From the NCBI RefSeq assembly GCF_000020025.1, contig NC_010628.1, positions 7,680,001-7,712,000 on the forward strand: DNA of 32,000 nt, written 5' to 3'. Below are positions 16,717 to 24,616 of this stretch, piece after piece. The DNA is from Nostoc punctiforme PCC 73102. GTDB taxonomy: Bacteria > Cyanobacteriota > Cyanobacteriia > Cyanobacteriales > Nostocaceae. The stretch's first letter is position 1; each line of letters opens with the position of its first letter. Made by a program: the position numbers and the translations under genes. The notes beneath the pieces are model-generated. The model saw only the letters and a program-made list of their open reading frames with translations, made no database searches and was not told the DNA's origin.

Positions 16717-17244
16717 TCAAAATCCTGCGCTTGGATCTGGCTGAGATTGCAGGTATTTGAGAAATTCGTACAATTCTTCTTCAGTTAGCAAAGTACGTCC
16801 CCGTTTACCGTAGGTTTTAATCAGATGCTCCCGTCCCTGTTCTGGTGTCCATCCTAAGCGGTGCATTGCGACATTTATATTAGCAATTAGATCCGACAAA
16901 TCTGCTGGTTGAGTTTTCTTTTTTCTCCTTCCTGTTCCTGTCAGAGGGACTACATCCTCTTTCATCCAACATAATCGTTCGATTTCAGCATTAATTTCCC
17001 CCTGCTGTTGTGTCCAACATAACTGTTCGGTGTCAACATCAATTTTGGCAGTCACAACTTCATCTAACGGTTGAGATTCAAGATATTGAAGGAATTCTAG
17101 TAATTCTACTTCTGTCAGTAAAGTACGCGATCGCTTACTATAAGTTTTTTTGAGATGCTCTCGCCCCTGGCCTATTGTCCAGCCTAATCGCTGCATCTCA
17201 ACATCTGTTTGAGCAATTACTTTAGCAAAATTTACAGGTTCCAT
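16717..17244 (-). CDS. Hypothetical protein made of two full copies, plus partial copies, of a ~60-aa module (DV..QRLGWT..QGREHL.KTY.KR.RTLLTE.EL.EFL.YL.SQP)
   Basis: 175 aa. The N-terminal copy is FAKVIAQTDVEMQRLGWTIGQGREHLKKTYSKRSRTLLTEVELLEFLQYLESQP. The C-terminal copy is LSDLIANINVAMHRLGWTPEQGREHLIKTYGKRGRTLLTEEELYEFLKYLQSQPDPSAGF. Two partial copies lie between them (IDVDTEQLCWTQQQG, INAEIERLCWMKED). A basic patch RRKKKTQ precedes the last copy. Confidence 0.8.
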   Translation of the reverse strand: MEPVNFAKVIAQTDVEMQRLGWTIGQGREHLKKTYSKRSRTLLTEVELLEFLQYLESQPLDEVVTAKIDVDTEQLCWTQQQGEINAEIERLCWMKEDVVPLTGTGRRKKKTQPADLSDLIANINVAMHRLGWTPEQGREHLIKTYGKRGRTLLTEEELYEFLKYLQSQPDPSAGF

Positions 17245-17273
17245 AACTTCGTCACTGTTCTAACAGCCTGCAT

Positions 17274-17322
17274 CATTTGTCATTTGTGATTGTTAAGGAC
17301 AAAGGACAAATGACAAATGACA
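17274..17322. repeat. Heptamer array catttgt x2, gattgtt, aaggaca x2, aatgaca x2, forming a 14-bp-stem hairpin. It abuts the stop codon of the upstream paralogue.
   Basis: Units counted directly. catttgtcatttgt pairs with acaaatgacaaatg. The array lies between the 17325 stop and the 17244 start. Confidence 0.85.
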
Positions 17323-17324
17323 AA

Positions 17325-18209
17325 TCAAAATCCCGCTATTGGGTCAGGCTGCGATTGGAGGTATTTAAGGAATCCGTGTAATTCTTCTTCAGTTAGCAAA
17401 GTACGTCCCCGTTTACCGTAGGTTTTAATCAGATGCTCCCGTCCCTGTTCTGGTGTCCAGTTTAAACGTTGAAGTTCGACATCTGTTTTTGCAATCACAT
17501 CCGATAAATCCACGGGTTCAGCTTTCTTCTTTCTCTTTCCTGTCACTGACGGGGTAGGGGCATCCTCTTGAGGGCTGTAACTCCGAGGTGTAAATGGTGT
17601 GACATTATTAGCAGAAATTGCTGGAAAGGTTTGATTTTCTGGCTCGTTATTAAACGTTATTTCTAAGTTTTCAACTGGAGGATCAAATTCTAGCTCCCGG
17701 TTGGTAGTCACAGGAAAGTTTTGACTTAAATCTTGGCTATAGTTATCGCTTGGTAAAGGCGCAGTACTACTGTATTCGTACTGTTCGTTACTGGTTGTTA
17801 CTACTTGTGGTTTGATGTTGCGGACTTTGGAAGGCGGTATAGATATTTCTTTGTCGCTAACCGCTGGCCATTGACTACCTACAAAATCCCCAGCTTTCGT
17901 AGAAGAATAAGTAGATTCACTCAATCCACCTTTGGTATTCAAGGAGGGATTTAGCTGCGCTGGAGAAATTGAATTTGAGCTAAATTCCACTGATTCTGGT
18001 GGCGAATTTGTAATACCCAAAACTATCAACGCCCTAGTTCTGGCCTGGTCTTCTGCTGCTTCTACTGTTTCTGCTGCTGCCATACCCGTCGCACGGGTTA
18101 CACCTTCAATTTGCACGCTTGCCCGGACAATATATTTTCCTTGAAAAATTTGCACTAATTCAGAAATCAAGCTGCCGTTGGGATACAAGCTCTGGAATTG
18201 AGCCAACAT
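17325..18209 (-). CDS. Hypothetical protein: ~70-aa N-terminal alpha/beta domain (dsRBD-like by eye), long S/P/N-rich linker, and a C-terminal copy of the same ~60-aa module
   Basis: 294 aa. N-terminus: ...GKYIVRASVQIEGVTRATGMAAAETVEAAEDQARTRALIVLGI. C-terminus: GKRKKKAEPVDLSDVIAKTDVELQRLNWTPEQGREHLIKTYGKRGRTLLTEEELHGFLKYLQSQPDPIAGF. Confidence 0.8.
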   Translation of the reverse strand: MLAQFQSLYPNGSLISELVQIFQGKYIVRASVQIEGVTRATGMAAAETVEAAEDQARTRALIVLGITNSPPESVEFSSNSISPAQLNPSLNTKGGLSESTYSSTKAGDFVGSQWPAVSDKEISIPPSKVRNIKPQVVTTSNEQYEYSSTAPLPSDNYSQDLSQNFPVTTNRELEFDPPVENLEITFNNEPENQTFPAISANNVTPFTPRSYSPQEDAPTPSVTGKRKKKAEPVDLSDVIAKTDVELQRLNWTPEQGREHLIKTYGKRGRTLLTEEELHGFLKYLQSQPDPIAGF

Positions 18210-18235
18210 AATACTACTACCAATCTAAATCTTTT

Positions 18236-18311
18236 GGGACTTGGGATTGGGGACTGGGATAGGGGAAAGAATTGTTTTAATCCTCATCCCTAATACCCAA
18301 TCCCCAGTCCC
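18236..18311. repeat. Inverted STRR-type block (gggacttgggattggggactggga... / ...cccaatccccagtccc; CCCCAGT-type heptamers) giving an imperfect long hairpin
   Basis: Read directly from the sequence. It lies 27 nt upstream of the start codon at 18209. Confidence 0.75.
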
Positions 18312-19113
18312 TTTTAATGCTTTGTCTAGTGTCCCAATTGTAGCAGTAGCTGTTTTTTGACGAAATTTTTGGCTAGTGCTAACTTATCTGGGTAGTCTTG
18401 CCTGCAATGCTATACTGATTACCCAACTAGATATCTAGAACTATTTTTTGGAAGTGCGCTCTAAATCTACAATAATGGAGATAAGGTTCGCCCTCACTGC
18501 TAATTAAGCTGCTCACCTAATTGTTACCGATTCTACATGTGGGAAAATTGGGTTCACCGGCAGTTCCTGCTAGTTAAAAATCAGATTCTAATGGCGTAAA
18601 ATTACCTTCACTCTAGACAATCAAACACCTGTAGTTTCCACGCCACTTGCTCCACTTGGGGAAACCCCAGATGCTCGTACCTCGCTAAGGCTGCGCTAAG
18701 ACGGGGGCTGCCTCACCGCAGTGGCTCCCCTGCATAGCGCTTTTGGGCAGTATGGATTCTCTAAACCCAACTTCTCAAAAACCCGTCGCGTAATTCACTA
18801 GCGGGGCTAAATTGCAAAATCAGGCGTGCAATCTTAAGTTTGGTTAGGTGAAGTGACTTGAACGCAGATGAATTCTGAGAGCATCGTGCAGTGAGAAGTT
18901 CGTAGATGCCCAGAGTTGTCCGTGGGTAGGCTTCCTTTGCTCGGAACTGCCGGAGTAGTTTCCCACTCTTGCTGGGTTGGGTTTCCTTTCCTTAGAACTT
19001 AGGAAGCCTTGCCTCTGGGCAATTCGTTTCCAGCTTGTTTCTGTAAGCCGTGAGGGTATACAGGAATGAACCAGATTAACAAATGATGTTTTGACCAAAG
19101 GTCGGTTCACTGC

Positions 19114-21468
19114 ATGGAATTTTCAATCGCTACACTCCTTGCCAATTTCACCGATGATAAATTGGTAGCTCGGAAGGTTTTAGAAAAGAAACTTGGCTGT
19201 GAAGATGAAAAAAGTTTACAAAAACTTCACATTGCCTTAGATGTTCTTGAAAAAATCGGTATTTTGGTCAAAGAACGGGGCAAATACCGTCGTGTTTCAG
19301 AAGAGGGAATAATCGAGGCAAAACTCCGTTGTTCTAGTAAAGGCTTTTGCTTTGCTATTCAAGATGTGGAAGGAGCCGAGGATATTTACATCCGCGAAAG
19401 TCATTTGAGTAATGCTTGGAATGGCGATCGCGTTTTGGTTAGAGTTCTCAAAGAAGGCAGCCGCCGTCGCTCTCCTGAAGGAGAGGTGAAGCTGATTCTA
19501 GAACGTTCCAACCACACGTTACTGGCACGAATTAAGCAGGTGGAAACTGGTTTCCGGGCTGTGCCTTTAGACGATCGATTGCTGTTTGAACTCAAGATCC
19601 AACCTAACGAGGTAAAGTTGGAAGAAGCGATCGACCACCTTGTTCATGTGGAAGTTTTGCGTTACCCGTTGGCACAATATCCTCCCCTTGGTCGAGTGGT
19701 GCAAATCCTCGGTAGCGATGCCGAAGCTGCTGCTGATATAGATTTAGTTACTTGCAAACACGACCTTTCCCGGACTTTTCCCGATCATGTTCTCGAAGCA
19801 GCCGCCAAGTTACCCAAAAAGCTACTCAAAGCAGACCTAAAAAATCGCTTGGATTTGCGTAATTTGTTTACTCTCACCATTGAAGGAGTAAATGGCGATA
19901 CCAAAGTTATAGAAAACGCTTTTAGTTTAGAAAAAAACTTAGCCGGAAATTGGCTTTTAGGCGTTCATATCACTGATGTTTCTCACTATGTCCAACCTGA
20001 TGAAGCCCTAGATAGAGAAGCACTCAAACGGGGTAAATCAGTGTATCTGGGAGAATTAGTACTGCCAATTTTGCCCCCAGTTGTGGCAGAACGCTGTTCT
20101 TTAATACCTGGGAGCGATCGCTTAACTATCTCTTTTTTAATTACCATTGATCCCCAATCTGGAGAAGTGTTGGAGTGGGAAATTCAACCCAGCGTCATCA
20201 ACGTAGAGACTGCACTGACTACAGAACAAGCTCAAGCAATTCTTACAGGTGAATCTCAAGTTCAATCCCCACAGGTCGTCCAAATACTGCAAGACCTCCA
20301 AGCCTTACAAACAGGCGTGAAACAGGTACGGTTGAATCGTGGTAGCCTCCAGTTGAATCTGCCGCCCAGCCAAAACGCCTACTATGATGAGGGGATTCTC
20401 GGCGCTGTGGTGGTGAATGATTTACCAGTGCGATCGCTACTCACGGAGTTGGTACTGTTAGTTAATCAACTGATCGCAACTCACTTAAATGCTCTTGGTG
20501 TTCCGGCTATCTGGCGAGTCCAAGGTACGCCCGATGTCGAAGATGTTCAGGAAATGCTGAAATTGGCAGTCAATTTAGGCGTTGACCTCACACTAGATCC
20601 AGAAGTCGATATTCAACCCTTAGATTATCAACATTTGACGACAGCTTTTGCCGAATCTCCCTCTGAGCAAGTTCTTACTTACTTATTGCAAGATACTCTT
20701 AAGCCTTCGGCATACAGCACCACCAAAGGATCTCACTTTGGTCTGGCACTACCGCAATATGTCCACTTTAGCGCTCCCTTGCGGCGTTACCCAGATTTGC
20801 TGATGCAGCGAGTGTATTACACGCTACTCGAAAACGGACGCGATCGCCGCAATACCCGTGTCAGAGAACGCGTTAACCTGCGCCACTCCTCCAGCCACGA
20901 GGAAATTAACTGGAACGTTTTACCCCCAGAATTGCAACAAGAACTCCAAAGCGATTTAACTAGGGTAATTGTCCAAATCAACGACCGAGAAAAAGAAGTC
21001 CAAGAAGCTGAAGCTGATTTAGCCGGACTGCAAAAAGCCCAACTGATGAAGCAACGCATCGGCCAGGTATTTCAAGGCGTGATTACTGGCGTTCAATCCT
21101 ACGGTTTCTTTGTGGAAATTGAAGTACCAGCAGCCGAGGTAGAATCCAGCAGTAATCCTGGTGTGCCTTTGCGGGTAGAGGGATTGGTACACGTCAGTTC
21201 TCTCAAAGATGATTGGTATGAATATCGCGCCAGACAACAGGCACTATTTGGGCGCAAAAATCGCGCTTCTTATCGATTAGGCGATCGCGTCGCTGTCCAA
21301 GTTAAGAGTGTCGATTACTACCGTCAGCAAATTGATTTGGTAACAGTCGGCAGCGATGGTGTACCCAAAGGTTTAACTGGCAATGGTTCTAATGAGGAGC
21401 TTTCAGACCTCTACTTACCAAATGACATTGAGCCTGATGACCTAGACCCTTACTCTGAGGATGAGTAA
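19114..21468 (+). CDS. rnr: Ribonuclease R (RNase II/RNB family 3'-5' exoribonuclease with C-terminal S1 domain and acidic tail)
   Basis: 784 aa. The RNB core contains DDAFS-like IENAFSLEK, HITDVSHYV, SVYLGELVLPILP and HFGLALPQYVHFSAPLRRYPDLLMQR. The S1 domain contains GQVFQGVITGVQSYGFFVEI...VEGLVHVSSL. Confidence 0.93.
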   Translation: MEFSIATLLANFTDDKLVARKVLEKKLGCEDEKSLQKLHIALDVLEKIGILVKERGKYRRVSEEGIIEAKLRCSSKGFCFAIQDVEGAEDIYIRESHLSNAWNGDRVLVRVLKEGSRRRSPEGEVKLILERSNHTLLARIKQVETGFRAVPLDDRLLFELKIQPNEVKLEEAIDHLVHVEVLRYPLAQYPPLGRVVQILGSDAEAAADIDLVTCKHDLSRTFPDHVLEAAAKLPKKLLKADLKNRLDLRNLFTLTIEGVNGDTKVIENAFSLEKNLAGNWLLGVHITDVSHYVQPDEALDREALKRGKSVYLGELVLPILPPVVAERCSLIPGSDRLTISFLITIDPQSGEVLEWEIQPSVINVETALTTEQAQAILTGESQVQSPQVVQILQDLQALQTGVKQVRLNRGSLQLNLPPSQNAYYDEGILGAVVVNDLPVRSLLTELVLLVNQLIATHLNALGVPAIWRVQGTPDVEDVQEMLKLAVNLGVDLTLDPEVDIQPLDYQHLTTAFAESPSEQVLTYLLQDTLKPSAYSTTKGSHFGLALPQYVHFSAPLRRYPDLLMQRVYYTLLENGRDRRNTRVRERVNLRHSSSHEEINWNVLPPELQQELQSDLTRVIVQINDREKEVQEAEADLAGLQKAQLMKQRIGQVFQGVITGVQSYGFFVEIEVPAAEVESSSNPGVPLRVEGLVHVSSLKDDWYEYRARQQALFGRKNRASYRLGDRVAVQVKSVDYYRQQIDLVTVGSDGVPKGLTGNGSNEELSDLYLPNDIEPDDLDPYSEDE

Positions 21469-21485
21469 AATCAACTAAAAGTTAC

Positions 21486-22106
21486 GTGTCACAGAAAAGC
21501 AAACCTCTAATTTTAGGCGTATCGGGCGCATCTGGTCTGATTTACGCTGTTCGCGCGATCAAATTTTTGCTAGAAGCGGATTATAGTATTGAATTGGTTG
21601 CCTCTAAATCTACTTACATGGTTTGGCAGTCAGAACAGGAAATTCGGATGCCACCAGAGCCAACTCAACAAGAACAATTTTGGCGAGAGCAAGCTGGAGT
21701 TGCGCTTTCGGGTAAACTCCGCTGCCATCCTTGGGGTGACGTTGGAGCCGGGATTGCGAGTGGTTCCTTTGCCACTCTGGGGATGATAATTATTCCATGC
21801 AGCATGAGTACAGTAGCAAAGCTAGCGGTTGGCTTGAGTTCCGATTTACTAGAACGGGCAGCAGATGTCCAACTTAAAGAAGGGCGAAAGCTGGTCATTG
21901 TGCCTCGTGAAACGCCTTTTAGCCTCATCCACCTGCGTAACTTAACCTCTTTAGCTGAAGTTGGAGTTAGAATTGTTCCCGCGATTCCCGCCTGGTACCA
22001 TAATCCCCAAACCATCGAGGATTTAGTTGATTTTGTAGTTGCCCGTGCTTTAGATCAACTAGATATTGACTGCATCCCAATTCAAAGGTGGGAAGGTCGT
22101 CGCTAA
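21486..22106 (+). CDS. ubiX: Flavin prenyltransferase UbiX (prenyl-FMN synthase)
   Basis: 206 aa: LILGVSGASGLIYAVRAIKFLL...MIIIPCSMSTVAKLAVGLSSDLLERAADVQLKEGRKLVIVPRETP. The start is a GTG, 17 nt after the rnr stop, so the two genes are probably co-transcribed. Confidence 0.92.
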   Translation: MSQKSKPLILGVSGASGLIYAVRAIKFLLEADYSIELVASKSTYMVWQSEQEIRMPPEPTQQEQFWREQAGVALSGKLRCHPWGDVGAGIASGSFATLGMIIIPCSMSTVAKLAVGLSSDLLERAADVQLKEGRKLVIVPRETPFSLIHLRNLTSLAEVGVRIVPAIPAWYHNPQTIEDLVDFVVARALDQLDIDCIPIQRWEGRR

Positions 22107-22171
22107 CGCCCTCAGTGGACTCATCGGAAATTTCACAATAGTCCTAAAAGGGTAATGATAGAGATGGCTGA

Positions 22172-22270
22172 TAGTGTCAGTAGTCAGTGAACAGTAATTA
22201 GTGAAGAGTAATCAGACTGATAACTGACCACTGACCACCGACAACTAACCACTGACAATTGACAATTGAC
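22172..22270. repeat. 7-nt-periodic array (agtagtc agtgaac agtaatt agtgaag agtaatc | agactga taactga ccactga ccaccga caactaa ccactga caattga caattga) with inversely oriented halves
   Basis: Units counted directly. The array runs right up to the LapA-like gene, and the ORF-track TTG start at 22259 lies inside it. Confidence 0.8.
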
Positions 22271-22279
22271 AAAATTGCT

Positions 22280-22978
22280 ATGGCTGTAATTCGCTTAATT
22301 CTATTGGTGGCGGTACTGGGAGGACTAACGCTGTTGTTAGTTCAAAATTGGTCGCCTGTCCTATCGCTAGTATTTTTGGGCGTGCGAACTCAACCATTAC
22401 CACTAGCGATATGGATTTTGTTCAGTACTACCACAGGTGCTTTCACATCTATATTGATTGCTACCTTGTTTAACTTATCCAATTATTTTGTGGCAGGACA
22501 ACGCCAAACTCCTGACCGCCGAAGCACAACTTCGCCTCGTGCAAAGGCAACTCAAAGAGAAGAATCTACATCTCGTGCCACTCCTCCACCATCACCTAGT
22601 AAAAAAGAAGAGCCTACTAGTGATGAATTTGATGATTGGGAGACAAATGGCAGTAGAGATGATGATTGGAACTTTGATGAAAAGTTCGAGGAAGCGCCTA
22701 CCCCTAATCCTCAAACTCAACCTGCTAGAGACTCGAAAATCTACGAACGTCAATCAGAAGCCAAAAGCAGTTCTCAGTCTGGTTCAGTTTACTCCTACAG
22801 CTACCGTGAGCCCAAAAATACGGCTGTGGGAAAAACCGAATCCGTTTATGATGCCGATTACCGAGTAATCATCCCCCCTTATCAGCCACCCACTACTAAT
22901 CAAGCGGATGACGATGATTGGGAATTTTTTGATGATGATGAGGATTTTGAGGATGATGATAAACGCTCCCGTCGGTAA
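22280..22978 (+). CDS. LapA/DUF1049-like two-TM membrane protein with a long disordered, highly acidic Trp-containing C-terminal tail
   Basis: From the first ATG (22280): MAVIRLILLVAVLGGLTLLLVQNWSPVLSLVFLGVRTQPLPLAIWILFSTTTGAFTSILIATLF. The tail then carries DEFDDWE, DDDWNFDE and DDDDWEFFDDDEDFEDDD. Confidence 0.75.
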   Translation: MAVIRLILLVAVLGGLTLLLVQNWSPVLSLVFLGVRTQPLPLAIWILFSTTTGAFTSILIATLFNLSNYFVAGQRQTPDRRSTTSPRAKATQREESTSRATPPPSPSKKEEPTSDEFDDWETNGSRDDDWNFDEKFEEAPTPNPQTQPARDSKIYERQSEAKSSSQSGSVYSYSYREPKNTAVGKTESVYDADYRVIIPPYQPPTTNQADDDDWEFFDDDEDFEDDDKRSRR

Positions 22979-22997
22979 GACATAGCTTACTATGTCT

Positions 22998-23225
22998 TTA
23001 CTTGATGCCACACCGCTCTCTAGACTCCTGCTTGACCTTACCAGTCATGGCAGCTTCCTGCAAAGCCATGAAAGCATTAAAATCTTCCAAGTCATACCGA
23101 GTAGTCAACAGTTGTCGTAGTTGATTTTCAGCTTCCACTGTCAAATAGCCAGTTGCTAAAGCTTTTTGTACAACGTCACGAATTCGATTCATAGTTGACG
23201 CCTCATTCATCCTATATTTATTCAT
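22998..23225 (-). CDS. Small hypothetical protein (52-75 aa depending on start; helical)
   Basis: The ORF has three in-frame ATGs (23225, 23210, 23192). The sequence MNRIRDVVQKALATGYLTVEAENQLRQLLTTRYDLEDFNAFMALQEAAMTGKV looks protein-like rather than low-complexity. No function was recognised. Confidence 0.5.
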   Translation of the reverse strand: MNKYRMNEASTMNRIRDVVQKALATGYLTVEAENQLRQLLTTRYDLEDFNAFMALQEAAMTGKVKQESRERCGIK

Positions 23226-23714
23226 TCAGGCTTATTGGGGTGAAATATGCAGTAGTTTTTGTGTCGAAACTTCTTTCTTTACAAAGCTTTTTTGGGCGAT
23301 CGCAGTGTATTAGTCATTATTTACACCTTTATCGGAAACATTTAATTGGGCAGGACTTGTTATAACTAGATTTTTAGACTAACCATACCGTGCTATTAGA
23401 AACACAGTATTTTGTATACTTAAAATTATGCACCAGAGTGAAAATTCGGATTATTTAGATAGACAGAAATTGTTTGGATAAAGTTTCAAACAAGCTATGT
23501 TAATTTTTTCATTAAGAAAAGCGATAGCTATACAGCAACTACCAAGTTACTTCAGGAAAATTACTACATTTTTTATAAATTTATCGTTGATTGTTTATAG
23601 TAATTTCACTGAAGAATGGTTAATTTATTGCTAAGTTACTTTCAATACATTAATAAATAGACTTGAGAGTAAAGAGAAGCGGTTATAAAAGAACATTTAA
23701 ATAATTAAGGATTA

Positions 23715-23895
23715 AAAACTAACATAGTAGAATCCGTTTAGGGATTGAAACGGGTTTTCAAATCATTAAAGTTAAAAGTGTTACTAATTGCAATGTATCA
23801 AAATGCCTGTTAGAGATTGAAACAAAACTCTAATGCTTTCAGAAAGCCTAGGGAAAAGATTGCAATTGATCAAAATCCCTATTAGCGATTCTCTC
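23715..23895 (+). CRISPR. Degenerate orphan mini-CRISPR array: three 37-nt repeats (23715-23751 partial, 23787-23823, 23859-23895) and two 35-nt spacers (23752-23786, 23824-23858)
   Basis: R2 is attgcaatgtatcaaaatgcctgttagagattgaaac. R3 is attgcaattgatcaaaatccctattagcgattctctc and matches R2 at 28 of 37 positions. R1 matches only in its 3' half (..aatccgtttagggattgaaac). The spacing is exactly 37/35/37/35/37. The ATTGCAAT...ATCCCTATTAGGGATTGAAAC-type repeat resembles Nostocales CRISPR repeats as I recall them. An AT-rich stretch of about 480 bp lies upstream. No cas genes are in the window. Confidence 0.7.
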
Positions 23896-24098
23896 CTTCT
23901 TATGCTCTGCTAATGAATCGCTGATTCGGTCTGCTCCAGTCAGATATTGATACTATTTCTTGGTGAGACTACGCCAAATTTTCTTTATTTGTGTCCTTTG
24001 GCAGTTGCTCATGGGGAAGACGCTTTGCGTTGGCAAAGCCCCTCTCTTTGGGAGAAGACCGCGCAGAATTTTATAGATGGGGTAAAAAGTGAGAATCT

Positions 24099-24616
24099 AT
24101 GATTCAAGAGCAATGGACTGTAGTTAATTTGGGGTACAAACCCCCACTGATAGCGCCGGCGGCAAGCGAGTCCACGATAGCGAAGCGTTAGCGACGCAGG
24201 AGCGTCGCGTCTTGCAATTTTTAATTAATAATTTTTAATTTTTAATTGGAGCGTTCGCGCAGCGTCTCGTAGAGAAGCGACTTGACCTACGCCTTGGGCA
24301 AGCACTCTCTACGCTCCCCCAGATTACTGCCGAGGGTAACAGTCCATTTAACCCGATCTTTATTGATGCCGACAAGCCAAATAATCCCGATTACTTCAAA
24401 TGGGCGCTCAAGCTTTCCCGTCCCGGTAGCCTGATCGTTGCCGATAATGTCGTGCGTAACGGAGCAGTAATTGATGCCACCAGCAGCTATCCTAGCGTTC
24501 AGGGTGTGCGTCGCTTCAATGAATTGCTTGCCTCTGAGCCACGCGTCAGCGCTACGGCAATCCAGACCGTGGGCAGCAAAGGATACGACAGCTTTGCGAT
24601 CGCAATAGTAAACTAG
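24099..24616 (+). pseudogene. Remnant of a class I SAM-dependent O-methyltransferase (caffeoyl-CoA OMT-like, family 3). About 10 N-terminal codons and about 107 C-terminal codons are retained, and the central SAM-binding part is replaced by a dispersed repeat.
   Basis: My translation of 24293-24616 gives LGQALSTLPQITAEGNSPFNPIFIDADKPNNPDYFKWALKLSRPGSLIVADNVVRNGAVIDATSSYPSVQGVRRFNELLASEPRVSATAIQTVGSKGYDSFAIAIVN*. The ATG at 24099 gives MIQEQWTVVN.., which then runs into repeat sequence (24149-24279) and a stop. No in-frame start is available for the 3' part. Confidence 0.65.

Noticed and set aside
18600-19113. Possibility that the GC-rich spacer encodes RNase P RNA, tmRNA, SRP RNA or a tRNA; also the 88-aa ORF 18844-19110
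   Set aside because: I found no hallmark of these RNAs on either strand: no GAGGAAAGTCCGGGC-type P4 motif, no tRNA-like 3' end with a GGTTCGAnTCC T-loop, and no GGTCCGGAAGGAAGCAGC SRP motif. The ORF translation is Arg/Ser-rich and unprotein-like. The region is kept only as a candidate structured leader (see findings).
17932-22868. ORFs 17932-18144, 19401-19595, 20817-21059, 21019-21237, 21589-21786, 21665-22015 and 22458-22868
   Set aside because: They are shadow ORFs inside the 294-aa gene, rnr, ubiX and the LapA-like gene.
22784-23011. 75-aa minus-strand ORF
   Set aside because: It is antisense to the acidic tail of the LapA-like gene, with an Ile-rich low-complexity translation.
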